Source of the DNA: a bacterium
GTDB taxonomy: Bacteria > UBA10199 > 2-02-FULL-44-16 > JAAZCA01
Assembly (NCBI GenBank): GCA_963674695.2
Contig: CAXXGI010000002.1
Location: 544,001-608,000 of the forward strand
Length of the DNA stretch: 64,000 nt
Direction: 5' to 3'
The translations under genes and the position numbers were made by a program. A model generated the notes under the pieces. It saw nothing but the letters and a program-made list of their open reading frames with translations. It did not search any database and was not told the origin of the DNA. This document shows, piece after piece, positions 55,969-64,000 of this stretch; the first letter of the stretch is position 1; every line of letters begins with the position of its first letter.

Positions 55969-57603
55969 ATGGGTGGTCCCAATAGTTGCAAGTCAGCGGA
56001 TGTTCCTGCCGCATTTTCTGTTCCCGGTTTGCGCTACGAGAGCTTCGAGGCGCTCAAGGAATATGGCATCCTCAAGGATGCGGGCAAATGGGAGTGCGCG
56101 GTTTCGAACGATCCCGATGCGCCTCGTTCGGTTTCGTTCGATGACATCTGTTCCAATGACCAGGACTTTTTCTTTCCTAATCTGAATCGCGGTTTCAAGG
56201 ACGCCGCCGGAGTGGGGCATGGCTACGATACCAGCGACAGCACGGGCGAGGGCGAGGCGCAGAAGAAGGTGTACACTGCGCTCAACGGTCTCGGTGCCTC
56301 GAAGTGGTTCGCCGATACGACCTATTATTTCGGCGCGATGCGCGGCGTGTCGAATTCATCGGAGTACGGGGCGAAGATGGGGGCCGAGCTCAAGGCGAGC
56401 ACCGGCTACCGTTGGGACGGCATGCTCGAGCTGATCGAGACGATCGGGACGAACATATTGCCGTTTAAAACGTTGAACGTTGCGCTGAATTCACCCACCA
56501 AAACCGATTTCGACGATGTCGTCCGCGCCGCCTGGAACTTCAATCAGGCCAATGTGGACAACCTCTATTCGAGCGTGCGCTATGTGCGCGCGGTGGAAAA
56601 ACTCGAGGATGACCTGAGGGCGTTCACGTCGAGCTCTATGGATCTGGATGCATTCGAGTCGAGCCGGGCGCGCATCCTCGAGGATCTCGAGCAGGTCGAA
56701 CAGGCCTACCTCTCGGTTGTGGCACGTGCGAGTTTGTCTCAAGACGGGATGGGAGCGACGATCGAGAATTTCCGAGAAAGGATCGAAAATATGTCATCCA
56801 CATCCGGTGTTCGTGGACAGGTGGACGGACGAGCCTTGCAGAATAGGGTTGATATCATGAAGGAGTTTTCGGCGATCTGCATCGAGAAGGTGAAGGAAGC
56901 GAAGACCGATATCGCTGCGGTGAAGGGGAGTCTTACGACAGCTCAAAATTATCTCGAAGGGAATGATGCGATCACCCCGAAGATCGGAGCCTCCGGGACG
57001 GTCCTCGTTCAAATGGATCCGGAGCAGGAACACATCATGAAGGCGCTCCACAGGATGCTCGACCTTTTCGAGGGCGGACTCGATCGCTTCGAGGGGATCC
57101 AGTGCGAGAAGCCGTGGGAAGAGGCGAAGGGTAAGCAATGTGTTGCCACAGATACCAGCTGCGCCAGAATCGGTGCGGTGCTCGAAGAGGGTGCGTGTGT
57201 CTGTGTCGCGCCGAAGGTGATGACCGGTTCCGGAAACGACAAAAACTGTGCCTTTACCAAAGAAAGCTGCTTCGCCGCGAAAAAGGGTTGGGATGCCGGC
57301 ACCAGTACCTGCATCGATTGCAACCCGCAGACGCAGAAATTCAAAACGAATGTCGGCTGTGTCAATAAACAGACGCAGCCGCCCGATGCAGGCACCAGCA
57401 GGACGCAGCGGAACAATCCGCCGCCACTGCCGGAGCAGGAAGATTCCGCTGATGATACGCCGCCTCCTCCCCCGCAACCGGAGGATTGTGGTGACAGGCC
57501 ACCGAAGCCGACGGCGTCGGAAAGGTTTTCCAGCGATTCCGCCGATAAGGCGAAGGTCAAAAAGTTCAATGCGTACATGAAGTGCAAGCGCAACAATCGA
57601 TGA
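55969..57603 (+). CDS. Orphan protein with helical core and Cys-rich/Pro-rich C-terminus (paralogue B)
   Basis: Start reassigned to ATG 55969 (RBS AAGGAGG; MGGPNSC aligns with MSGISC of paralogue A). Confidence 0.85.
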   Translation: MGGPNSCKSADVPAAFSVPGLRYESFEALKEYGILKDAGKWECAVSNDPDAPRSVSFDDICSNDQDFFFPNLNRGFKDAAGVGHGYDTSDSTGEGEAQKKVYTALNGLGASKWFADTTYYFGAMRGVSNSSEYGAKMGAELKASTGYRWDGMLELIETIGTNILPFKTLNVALNSPTKTDFDDVVRAAWNFNQANVDNLYSSVRYVRAVEKLEDDLRAFTSSSMDLDAFESSRARILEDLEQVEQAYLSVVARASLSQDGMGATIENFRERIENMSSTSGVRGQVDGRALQNRVDIMKEFSAICIEKVKEAKTDIAAVKGSLTTAQNYLEGNDAITPKIGASGTVLVQMDPEQEHIMKALHRMLDLFEGGLDRFEGIQCEKPWEEAKGKQCVATDTSCARIGAVLEEGACVCVAPKVMTGSGNDKNCAFTKESCFAAKKGWDAGTSTCIDCNPQTQKFKTNVGCVNKQTQPPDAGTSRTQRNNPPPLPEQEDSADDTPPPPPQPEDCGDRPPKPTASERFSSDSADKAKVKKFNAYMKCKRNNR

Positions 57604-57627
57604 TGGTGGATGAATGAATGCTCTGTG

Positions 57628-57664
57628 CGGGCGGATCGGTTCTCCGATCCGCCCGTTGCTTTTT
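57628..57664 (+). terminator. Intrinsic terminator
   Basis: CGGGCGGATCGG-TTCT-CCGATCCGCCCG followed by TTGCTTTTT. Confidence 0.7.
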
Positions 57665-57688
57665 CCCCTCCATTGAACAGCGGACAAG

Positions 57689-57910
57689 GTCGCCGCGAGG
57701 GGAAATCATGTGCATCTTCACAGGTGAAGCTTGTTCCAGACGCACATGATTTCCCCTCACGGCGACATGAGGCATTGAAGGTGGGGGTCAAAAAGCGGGC
57801 GAAGATCGTCGTGGGGTTGAAGGTCAAATGCGGGTCGCCTTCCGGGGAGAGAAAAAACCCTTTTTCCGATGAAGCTGTAAAAAGGGGTTTTTCTCTCCCC
57901 TCGCGGCGAC
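57689..57910. mobile_element. MITE-like double-hairpin element
   Basis: 15-bp terminal IR GTCGCCGCGAGGGGA/TCCCCTCGCGGCGAC; internal hairpins at 57689-57766 and 57834-57910. Confidence 0.65.
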
Positions 57911-57925
57911 GCAAAGTATTTTCTG

Positions 57926-58023
57926 ATCACGGATCACGATGTGCGGTTCACCGTTCACCGTTTACCGTTCACCGTTTACAGTTCACCGTTTACAGTTCAC
58001 CGCTCACCGTCTACGGTTCACGA
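57926..58023. repeat. Degenerate heptamer array (GTTCACC/GTTTACA) directly upstream of hemW
   Basis: ggttcaccgttcaccgtttaccgttcaccgtttacagttcaccgtttacagttcaccgctcaccgtctacggttcacg. Confidence 0.85.
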
Positions 58024-58026
58024 CAC

Positions 58027-59196
58027 ATGCTCGGCATCTACATCCATATTCCGTTTTGTCGTTCCAAGTGCGCCTATTGCGATTTCTTCTCCGTCGCGCG
58101 CGCGCGCGGCGATGTCCCGCATGAGGCCTATGCGCAGGCGATTGTCGCGCAGCTCGATTGCGATGCGTCGGCCTTCGAAGAAGGTCCGGTCGGCAGCATC
58201 TATTTCGGCGGCGGCACGCCCTCGCTCATGCAGCCGGCATTCTTCGCGCGCGTGATCGGTGCCATCGAAGAACGCTTCGATTGTGCAAGCGATTGCGAGG
58301 TGAGCACGGAGGCAAACCCGGGGAGCATCGATGCCGAGTGGTGCACGCGCGTGTGTGATGCCGGCGTGAATCGTCTCTCCATCGGCGTGCAGTCCTTTCA
58401 ACCGGAACTCTTGAAGACGCTCGGGCGCGTGCACAGCTCCGATGAGGCGATGACCGCCATCGCCGTCGCGCAGGACGCGGGATTTCAGAGCGTCTCCATC
58501 GACCTGATGTTCGGTATCCCGGGGCAGGGCATGGCGCAGCTCGAAGAGGATCTGCGCACCGCGATGACCTTCCCCGTCGAGCATCTCTCGGTCTATCAGC
58601 TGACGATCGAGGAGGGGACGCCGTTGTGGGCGAGTCAGGCCAGTCAGGCCAGTCAGGGGTTGGATGAAGAGGAGATGTTGCAACAGATGCGCACGGTGGC
58701 GCGCATGTTGGGGCGCGGGGGATGGGAGCGTTACGAGATCTCGAATTTTGCCAAACCCGGATGCGCGTGTCGGCACAATCTCAACTATTGGCGCTATGGC
58801 CAGTACCTGGGGCTGGGAGCAGGGGCCACTTCGATGGTTCGATGGTACCGACGAACCGACGAACCATCGAACCATCGAACCGTCTTCGGTCGGCGTTTCA
58901 CCCAGGTGCGCGACATCGAGTCCTATATGCGCGACGAGGGGGCGCTCGCTGAATCCGAAGCGATCGATGCACGCACGGCGATGGGGGAGTTTTGTTTCTT
59001 GGGGCTGCGTATGCATGAAGGGATTTCTCCCGCTGCATTCGAAGCATGTTTCGGCGTGCGTTTTGAAACGGTCTTCGGCCAGCTCTCTGCCGAACTCGTG
59101 CGCCACGATCTTCTCGAGGAGTGCGGCGATCGTCTGCGTCTCACCACGCGTGGGCTGGAGATATCCAACCAGGTCTTCGCTCGGTTTGTCTCGTGA
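58027..59196 (+). CDS. hemW: Radical SAM heme chaperone HemW (HemN-like)
   Basis: Start reassigned to ATG 58027; IYIHIPFCRSKCAYCDF, YFGGGTPS, EANP, YEISNFA, HNLNYW (HNxxYW), YLGLGAGA. Confidence 0.95.
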   Translation: MLGIYIHIPFCRSKCAYCDFFSVARARGDVPHEAYAQAIVAQLDCDASAFEEGPVGSIYFGGGTPSLMQPAFFARVIGAIEERFDCASDCEVSTEANPGSIDAEWCTRVCDAGVNRLSIGVQSFQPELLKTLGRVHSSDEAMTAIAVAQDAGFQSVSIDLMFGIPGQGMAQLEEDLRTAMTFPVEHLSVYQLTIEEGTPLWASQASQASQGLDEEEMLQQMRTVARMLGRGGWERYEISNFAKPGCACRHNLNYWRYGQYLGLGAGATSMVRWYRRTDEPSNHRTVFGRRFTQVRDIESYMRDEGALAESEAIDARTAMGEFCFLGLRMHEGISPAAFEACFGVRFETVFGQLSAELVRHDLLEECGDRLRLTTRGLEISNQVFARFVS

Positions 59197-59274
59197 TTGC
59201 CTTTTGATTGCCATTCTCTGCCGATGTGCGTAGAATGGACAAATTCCACGTGAAAGAGAGGGCCCGTAAATCTC

Positions 59275-60654
59275 GTGCGACTCCAATTCCTCGGTGCGAC
59301 GGAAACCGTCACCGGCTCTAAATTCCATCTGACCAACGGCACTCACTCATGGCTCATCGATTGCGGCCTCTATCAGGGTCTGCGCGATCTGCGTCGGCGC
59401 AACTGGAATCCGCTGCCGATCGACCCCAAGACGGTCGATGCGGTCATCCTCACGCATGCCCACATCGATCATTCCGGGTATCTGCCGCTCTTCATCAAGA
59501 ACGGGTTCGAGGGGAAGGTCTTTGCCTCTGAACCCACCATGGAGCTCTGCCGAATCCTGCTCCCCGATGCGGGGTATCTGCAGGAGGAAGAGGCGAAGTT
59601 CGCTGCCAAACACGGGTTTTCTAAGCATAGCAATCCGATGCCGTTGTACACCTACACCGACGCGGTCGCATCGCTGGATTATTTCGAAGATTTGCCCGAT
59701 CGCACCTGGGTGAATCTCGCCGACGGCGTGCGTATGATGTTTCGCCCTGCGGGTCATATCCTGGGCTCGAGGCTCATCAACATCTCGGTCAAGGAACCTC
59801 ATCACAAGTTTAACGTGATGTTCGTGGGCGACATCGGCAAATACGATGCCCTCATCGCGGTCGATCCGGGCCCCGTCAAGAGCGTGAACTACCTCGTGCT
59901 CGAATCGACCTATGGCGATCGCTTACATCAGGAAGAGGATGTGCTGGCGCGGTTTGAGACCATCATCGATCGTACGGTGGAGCGCGGCGGAAAGGTGGTC
60001 ATCCCCTCTTTTGCCGTGGGACGTACGCAGGAGGTCCTCTTCGTCCTCAAAAAACTCGAGGAGGCGGGGCGCCTGCCCGATGTCCCCGTTTTTCTCAACA
60101 GCCCCTTGGCCATCGACGCCACGGCCATCTATGAGCACTTCGCCAGCGAGCACAATTTCTTCGAAGACGTGGCCAAACCGGACCAGGCCTTTCACCCGTC
60201 GCGTCTGCGCATCGTTCACGATGCCGAAGAGTCGAAGGGGTTGAACGCCCTCAAGGAGCCGGCGATCATCGTCTCCTCCTCGGGCATGATGACCGGCGGT
60301 CGCATCCTGCATCACTTGAAGGCCTATCTGCCCGACCCGAAATCGACGCTCGTCGTCACGGGGTTTCAGGCGGCTGGAACGCGTGGGCGCGCTATCCTCG
60401 ACGGCGCCAAGGCGGTCAAAATCCATGGCATGCCTGTGGCGATTCACGCCGAGGTGGAGTTCATGGATTCGCTCTCCGCCCACGCCGATTATAATGATAT
60501 CATGCGCTGGCTCGGCGGTTTTTCCGAACCCCCCAAGACGACCTTTCTCGTTCACGGCGAGCCGAAGTCCTCCCAGGCCCTCAAGGAACACATCGAAAAG
60601 ACGCTTGGCTGGAATGTCGTGATCCCCAAATACCTCGAAAAGTTTGAGCTGTAG
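59275..60654 (+). CDS. Metallo-beta-lactamase beta-CASP family ribonuclease
   Basis: FLGATETVTGS, LTHAHIDHSG, AGHILGS, ESTYGDR, SGMMTGGR, SAHAD, LVHGE. Confidence 0.95.
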   Translation: MRLQFLGATETVTGSKFHLTNGTHSWLIDCGLYQGLRDLRRRNWNPLPIDPKTVDAVILTHAHIDHSGYLPLFIKNGFEGKVFASEPTMELCRILLPDAGYLQEEEAKFAAKHGFSKHSNPMPLYTYTDAVASLDYFEDLPDRTWVNLADGVRMMFRPAGHILGSRLINISVKEPHHKFNVMFVGDIGKYDALIAVDPGPVKSVNYLVLESTYGDRLHQEEDVLARFETIIDRTVERGGKVVIPSFAVGRTQEVLFVLKKLEEAGRLPDVPVFLNSPLAIDATAIYEHFASEHNFFEDVAKPDQAFHPSRLRIVHDAEESKGLNALKEPAIIVSSSGMMTGGRILHHLKAYLPDPKSTLVVTGFQAAGTRGRAILDGAKAVKIHGMPVAIHAEVEFMDSLSAHADYNDIMRWLGGFSEPPKTTFLVHGEPKSSQALKEHIEKTLGWNVVIPKYLEKFEL

Positions 60655-60660
60655 GAGAGC

Positions 60661-60763
60661 GTGAAGGGCGACCGCTTACTTCGTTCGCTGAGACGAGGGG
60701 CGATCGATCCCTTCGGGATCTAGGGCGAAGAGGCTGTTTCGCCCTTCACCCTTCTCCCTACGT
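60661..60763. repeat. Dispersed palindromic element (CGAAGGG family), copy 2
   Basis: acgaggggcgatcgatcccttcgggatctagggcgaa; outer gtgaagggcga/tcgcccttcac. Confidence 0.7.
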
Positions 60764-60784
60764 CTTTCCTTCCCATGCGTTCAG

Positions 60785-60841
60785 TTGACAGTCTTGCCCA
60801 GAGGATGGTAGCGTTTGGCACTCCAATGTGCAGTGTGCCAA
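60785..60841 (+). promoter_or_regulatory. Sigma-70 promoter and CIRCE operator
   Basis: TTGACA (60785)-N18-TAGCGT, then TTGGCACTC-N9-GTGTGCCAA (60815-60841), matching CIRCE TTAGCACTC-N9-GAGTGCTAA, directly upstream of hrcA. Confidence 0.9.
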
Positions 60842-60863
60842 CGTATTGTTCTTTAAGGGTATT

Positions 60864-61895
60864 ATGGTTTTTCAGCTTACATCTCGCCAGCGGGAGATCC
60901 TCGATCTGCTCGTGGCCGACTATATCGCCTCCGCCGCTCCCGTGGGGTCGCGCACGATCGCCAAATGCTATCCGGGGCGGCTCTCCCCCGCATCGATCCG
61001 GAATGTCATGTCCGACCTCACCGACATGGGACTCTTGGCGCAGCCGCACATCTCGGCCGGCCGTATCCCGACGACCGAGGGGATGCGCTATTATGCCGAG
61101 ACGCTCCTCAAACGGCGGGAGCTCACCGAGGATGAGTGTACGATCATTCGCCAACACTGCGACGGAGATGAACAGGGGATCTCGGCGGTTCTGCAGCGGA
61201 CCACCCGGATGCTCGCGGCCGTCTCGCACTATGCCGGTCTCGTCCTCACCCCGGGGCCGCAGCGCGTGCTCTTCAAGCAGATCGAATTCATTCGGTTGGG
61301 CAGTCGACGCCTGTTGGGCATCTTCGTCTCGCAGGATGGCCTCGTTCAGAATCGCCTCATCGAGTTGACCGAGGAGATGACCTTTACGGAGCTGGAGCGG
61401 ATTGCCAACTATTGCAACCGTTCGCTTACGGGGCTCACGCTCGATGAAGCGCGTGAAAAGATCGAACGGGAGTTGGCCGATGAGCGAGCGGACTACGATC
61501 GTATCCTGCGTCGCGCGATGGTCTATTCGCAGCAGGTCTTGGGAGACGTTCCGGCCGGCGACCTCGTCTTCGATGGCGAGTTGCAATTGCTCGACGTCCC
61601 CGAATTTCACGAGGCCGAGACGTTTCGGCGCCTCATCGAAGCCCTCGAAGAGAAACGCCGGCTCAGCGACGTCCTCGCACGCTGCAGCGAGGCTGAGGGC
61701 GTGCAGATCTTCATCGGCGCCGATGCCGAACTGGAGCAGCTCGATGCCGTGGCCATGGTGGGCGCGCCCTACATGCGGGACGGAAATGTGATCGGCGTGC
61801 TGGGCGTGATCGGGCCGGCACGCATGGATTATTCGCACGTCGTGCCCATCGTCGATTTCACCGCGAAGGTGATCGGCGATGCGTTAGACAGTTGA
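60864..61895 (+). CDS. hrcA: Heat-inducible transcription repressor HrcA
   Basis: Start ATG 60864; PVGSRTI, SPASIRNVMSDL, QPHISAGRIPT, GVLGVIGPARMDY. Confidence 0.97.
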   Translation: MVFQLTSRQREILDLLVADYIASAAPVGSRTIAKCYPGRLSPASIRNVMSDLTDMGLLAQPHISAGRIPTTEGMRYYAETLLKRRELTEDECTIIRQHCDGDEQGISAVLQRTTRMLAAVSHYAGLVLTPGPQRVLFKQIEFIRLGSRRLLGIFVSQDGLVQNRLIELTEEMTFTELERIANYCNRSLTGLTLDEAREKIERELADERADYDRILRRAMVYSQQVLGDVPAGDLVFDGELQLLDVPEFHEAETFRRLIEALEEKRRLSDVLARCSEAEGVQIFIGADAELEQLDAVAMVGAPYMRDGNVIGVLGVIGPARMDYSHVVPIVDFTAKVIGDALDS

Positions 61896-61960
61896 ACGGT
61901 GAACGGTGCGATGTAACACGATTTTGCTTACGGTTCACGGTTCACAGTTGACGGTTAACG
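61893..61960. repeat. Inverted heptamer repeats between hrcA and grpE
   Basis: tgaacggtgaacggt ... ttacggttcacggttcacagttgacggttaacg; the first unit contains the hrcA stop. Confidence 0.75.
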
Positions 61961-61969
61961 GAGAGCGTG

Positions 61970-62509
61970 ATGACGAAAAAGCATAAGCACAAAGCGGATG
62001 GGGAGAAGGTGGTTCCAGAGATCGCAGAGAGCGAGAGTTCTTGCGACGAGATCGGCGAGCAACTGCGCGCGGCGGAGGAGGAGGCGAAGGTTCACTACGA
62101 CAAACTCCTGCGCGTGATGGCCGAGTTCGAAAATTTCAAGCGGCGCGTCGTCAAGGAGCAGGCCGAGCAGATACGCTATGGCAACGAGAAGCTGCTCGAA
62201 GCGCTCTTGCCCTCGCTCGACGACCTGGATCGCGTGCTCGATCATGTGGCGCCGGATGCCTCCGAGGACGTCCAGAAGATCGCCGAGGGAATCGAACTGG
62301 TGCGCAAGAGCCTGCTCGCGACGTTGTCGAACTTCAACCTCAAGGAAGTTCCGGCGCTTGGGCACGCATTCGATCCGGCCATCCACGAGGCGATCGCCAC
62401 GGTGGAGAGCGAAGGGCATGAATCGGGCAACGTCATGGCCGTGCACCGAAAGGGGTATTGGCTGGCCGAGAGGCTCCTGCGCCCGGCGATGGTGACGGTG
62501 GCGAAATAG
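61970..62509 (+). CDS. grpE: Nucleotide exchange factor GrpE
   Basis: AEFENFKRR, LLPSLDDL, FDPAIHEAI, KGYWLAERLLRPAMVTVAK. Confidence 0.97.
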   Translation: MTKKHKHKADGEKVVPEIAESESSCDEIGEQLRAAEEEAKVHYDKLLRVMAEFENFKRRVVKEQAEQIRYGNEKLLEALLPSLDDLDRVLDHVAPDASEDVQKIAEGIELVRKSLLATLSNFNLKEVPALGHAFDPAIHEAIATVESEGHESGNVMAVHRKGYWLAERLLRPAMVTVAK

Positions 62510-62510
62510 C

Positions 62511-62620
62511 CGAAGGGTGAAGGACGAAGGGTGATCGATACCTACGGTATCTAGGGCGAAAGAGTCTTTGCGCCCTTCGTCTTAGTGAACGAAGTGAACG
62601 GACGCCCATCGTCCTTCGGA
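62511..62620. repeat. Dispersed palindromic element (CGAAGGG family), copy 3
   Basis: acgaagggtgatcgatacctacggtatctagggcgaa ... gaacgaagtgaacg. Confidence 0.7.
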
Positions 62621-62635
62621 ATCATTGGGGGAATC

Positions 62636-64000
62636 ATGAAACGAATTCTGCTCATCTGTGCGGTGCTGGTGTTTTCAGCTGCTTGTGCCACCGGCATGGG
62701 GCCGAACCGCAAGGCGCACTATCCCAACCGCGTGACGCCTGATCTGCAAGCCTCCTTCGATGCCGCCGATGCCCTCTATCAGCAGGGCAATTTTGCCCCC
62801 GCCGATGCGGCGTTTGCCGCGTTCATCGAGGCGCAGCCCTACACGGAACTGACCGACGAGGCTCGCTTTCGGCGCGGCGAGATCGCCTTCTCTCGCAACA
62901 ACTATTCCATTGCCGTAGCGCGCTATGCCGAGGCCACGAGTCAGATCGTTTCGCCGATGGTGGCCCCCAAGGCGCGGTTTAAGCGGGCGTTGGCGCTCAT
63001 GCGCCTCAAGCGGCCGGCAGAGGCGCTCAAGGATCTCCGCGCGATCCCGCGCCGTGAGGCGAGCGCGGTCTTGCGGCTGCGCATCGATTCGCTCGGCGTG
63101 CTCGCTTCGCAGGCAGCCAAGGTTCCGCCCAACGATGCGATCCTCTGGAACCTGTATCTCCTCGACGACTATGCGCAGCTGCCCGATCCGAACGTGAAGA
63201 CGGTGCGCGATGAAAAACTCGTGGGGCTGGAAGCGGCAGAAATCGAGGCGCGTCGCTGGATCGACGATCCGATGGTGACGCTCGCCGCGGTGCAGGCCAT
63301 GCCGCTCAAGTCGATGAAGGGGACGCAGGCGGGCGGCTATGTGGCGTACAAGGAGATTCAACTCTATCACCGGATGGGCGATACCCGCGAGGCGACGCGG
63401 GCGCTCAAGTCCTTTCTGCGCGGCTATCCGAAACACGATCTCTATGGCGCGGGCAGGCTTCTGATGTCCGAGCTCGGCGGCATGGAGGAGATGGCGGGTG
63501 TGAGCGTCGGCGTCATCCTGCCGCTCACGGGGCGCTATGCGGTCTATGGCGCGTCGGTCCTGCACGGCATCGAGTGCGCGGGCGGTATCTTCACCCCCTG
63601 CGTCGGTCCGGGCGGAGTGGCGATCCTGATCCGCGATTCCGAATCCACCAACGCGGGTGCGGTGCGCGCGGTCGAAGAACTGGCGGCCAAAGAGGTGGTG
63701 GCCATCATCGGACCGCTGCGTTCCACGGTGTCGATGGCGGCAGCGCAGAAGGCCCAGGAGTTGGGCGTGCCGATGGTGACGCTCTCTCAGCAGGCCCAAG
63801 TGACGGACGTGGGCAGCTTTATCTTTCGCAACTCGATCTCCACCGAGTCCGAGATCAATACGCTCGTGGATTATGCTATTCGCAAGAAAGGGCTGCGGCG
63901 CATCTTCGTGCTCTATCCGGACAACCGCAAGGGGGCGGAGTACTTTCGCATCTTCTCCGAGGCGGCTGCGGGAGCCGGCGGTCGCATCGTCGCCAGCAAG
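62636..64000 (+). CDS. LppC/LpoA-like lipoprotein (TPR + periplasmic-binding-protein fold; penicillin-binding protein activator), 3'-partial
   Basis: Absent from the ORF track because there is no stop in the window. MKRILLICAVLVFSAAC lipobox, TPR segment, VGVILPLTGRYAVYG, AIIGPL. Confidence 0.85.
   Translation, partial: MKRILLICAVLVFSAACATGMGPNRKAHYPNRVTPDLQASFDAADALYQQGNFAPADAAFAAFIEAQPYTELTDEARFRRGEIAFSRNNYSIAVARYAEATSQIVSPMVAPKARFKRALALMRLKRPAEALKDLRAIPRREASAVLRLRIDSLGVLASQAAKVPPNDAILWNLYLLDDYAQLPDPNVKTVRDEKLVGLEAAEIEARRWIDDPMVTLAAVQAMPLKSMKGTQAGGYVAYKEIQLYHRMGDTREATRALKSFLRGYPKHDLYGAGRLLMSELGGMEEMAGVSVGVILPLTGRYAVYGASVLHGIECAGGIFTPCVGPGGVAILIRDSESTNAGAVRAVEELAAKEVVAIIGPLRSTVSMAAAQKAQELGVPMVTLSQQAQVTDVGSFIFRNSISTESEINTLVDYAIRKKGLRRIFVLYPDNRKGAEYFRIFSEAAAGAGGRIVASK

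Noticed and set aside
57610-58026. 139-aa N-terminal extension of HemW in the ORF track
   Set aside because: It translates a terminator, a MITE-like element and heptamer repeats; homology starts at ATG 58027. Upstream extensions of pal, gdhA, hrcA, 46099-47139 and 55885 were trimmed for similar reasons.
1-64000. rRNA, tRNA, transposase, integrase, prophage or reverse-transcriptase genes
   Set aside because: No supporting motifs seen by eye; a tRNAscan/Rfam run would be needed to exclude small RNAs.

Overview
GC-rich bacterial DNA. Gene content suggests a deltaproteobacterial lineage (Myxococcota/Bdellovibrionota-like); this is inference. The first 21 kb are the 5'-truncated end of a giant (>7050 aa) surface-type protein. 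It is built from four ~1,850-1,970 aa modules, each with two cohesin-like domains, Ig-like domains, a dockerin-like Ca-binding pair and a Cys-rich block. Housekeeping genes follow: ybhB-like, rsmA, tsaD, cpoB, pal, a PilZ protein, a PhaR-type regulator, a phosphodiesterase, a radical SAM protein, a Fis-like protein, thiE, thiD, a Kef-type antiporter, gdhA, hemW, a beta-CASP nuclease, hrcA with a CIRCE, grpE and an LppC-like lipoprotein. Among them are an HTH + nucleotidyltransferase pair and eight orphan proteins, including three paralogous pairs and one with a peptidase-M15 motif. All eight lack signal peptides, and their five transcription units share one sigma-28-like upstream motif (RCARCA-N13/14-NNCGA(T/G)RM). 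This is the best candidate for an undescribed system: a co-regulated set of proteins exported by a non-Sec route. The window also carries many small repeats: 7-9 bp tandem repeats that enter genes and supply stop codons, dRS3-like palindromes, and nested MITE-like hairpins. No rRNA, tRNA, CRISPR array or transposase was seen. All calls are by eye; no searches were run.
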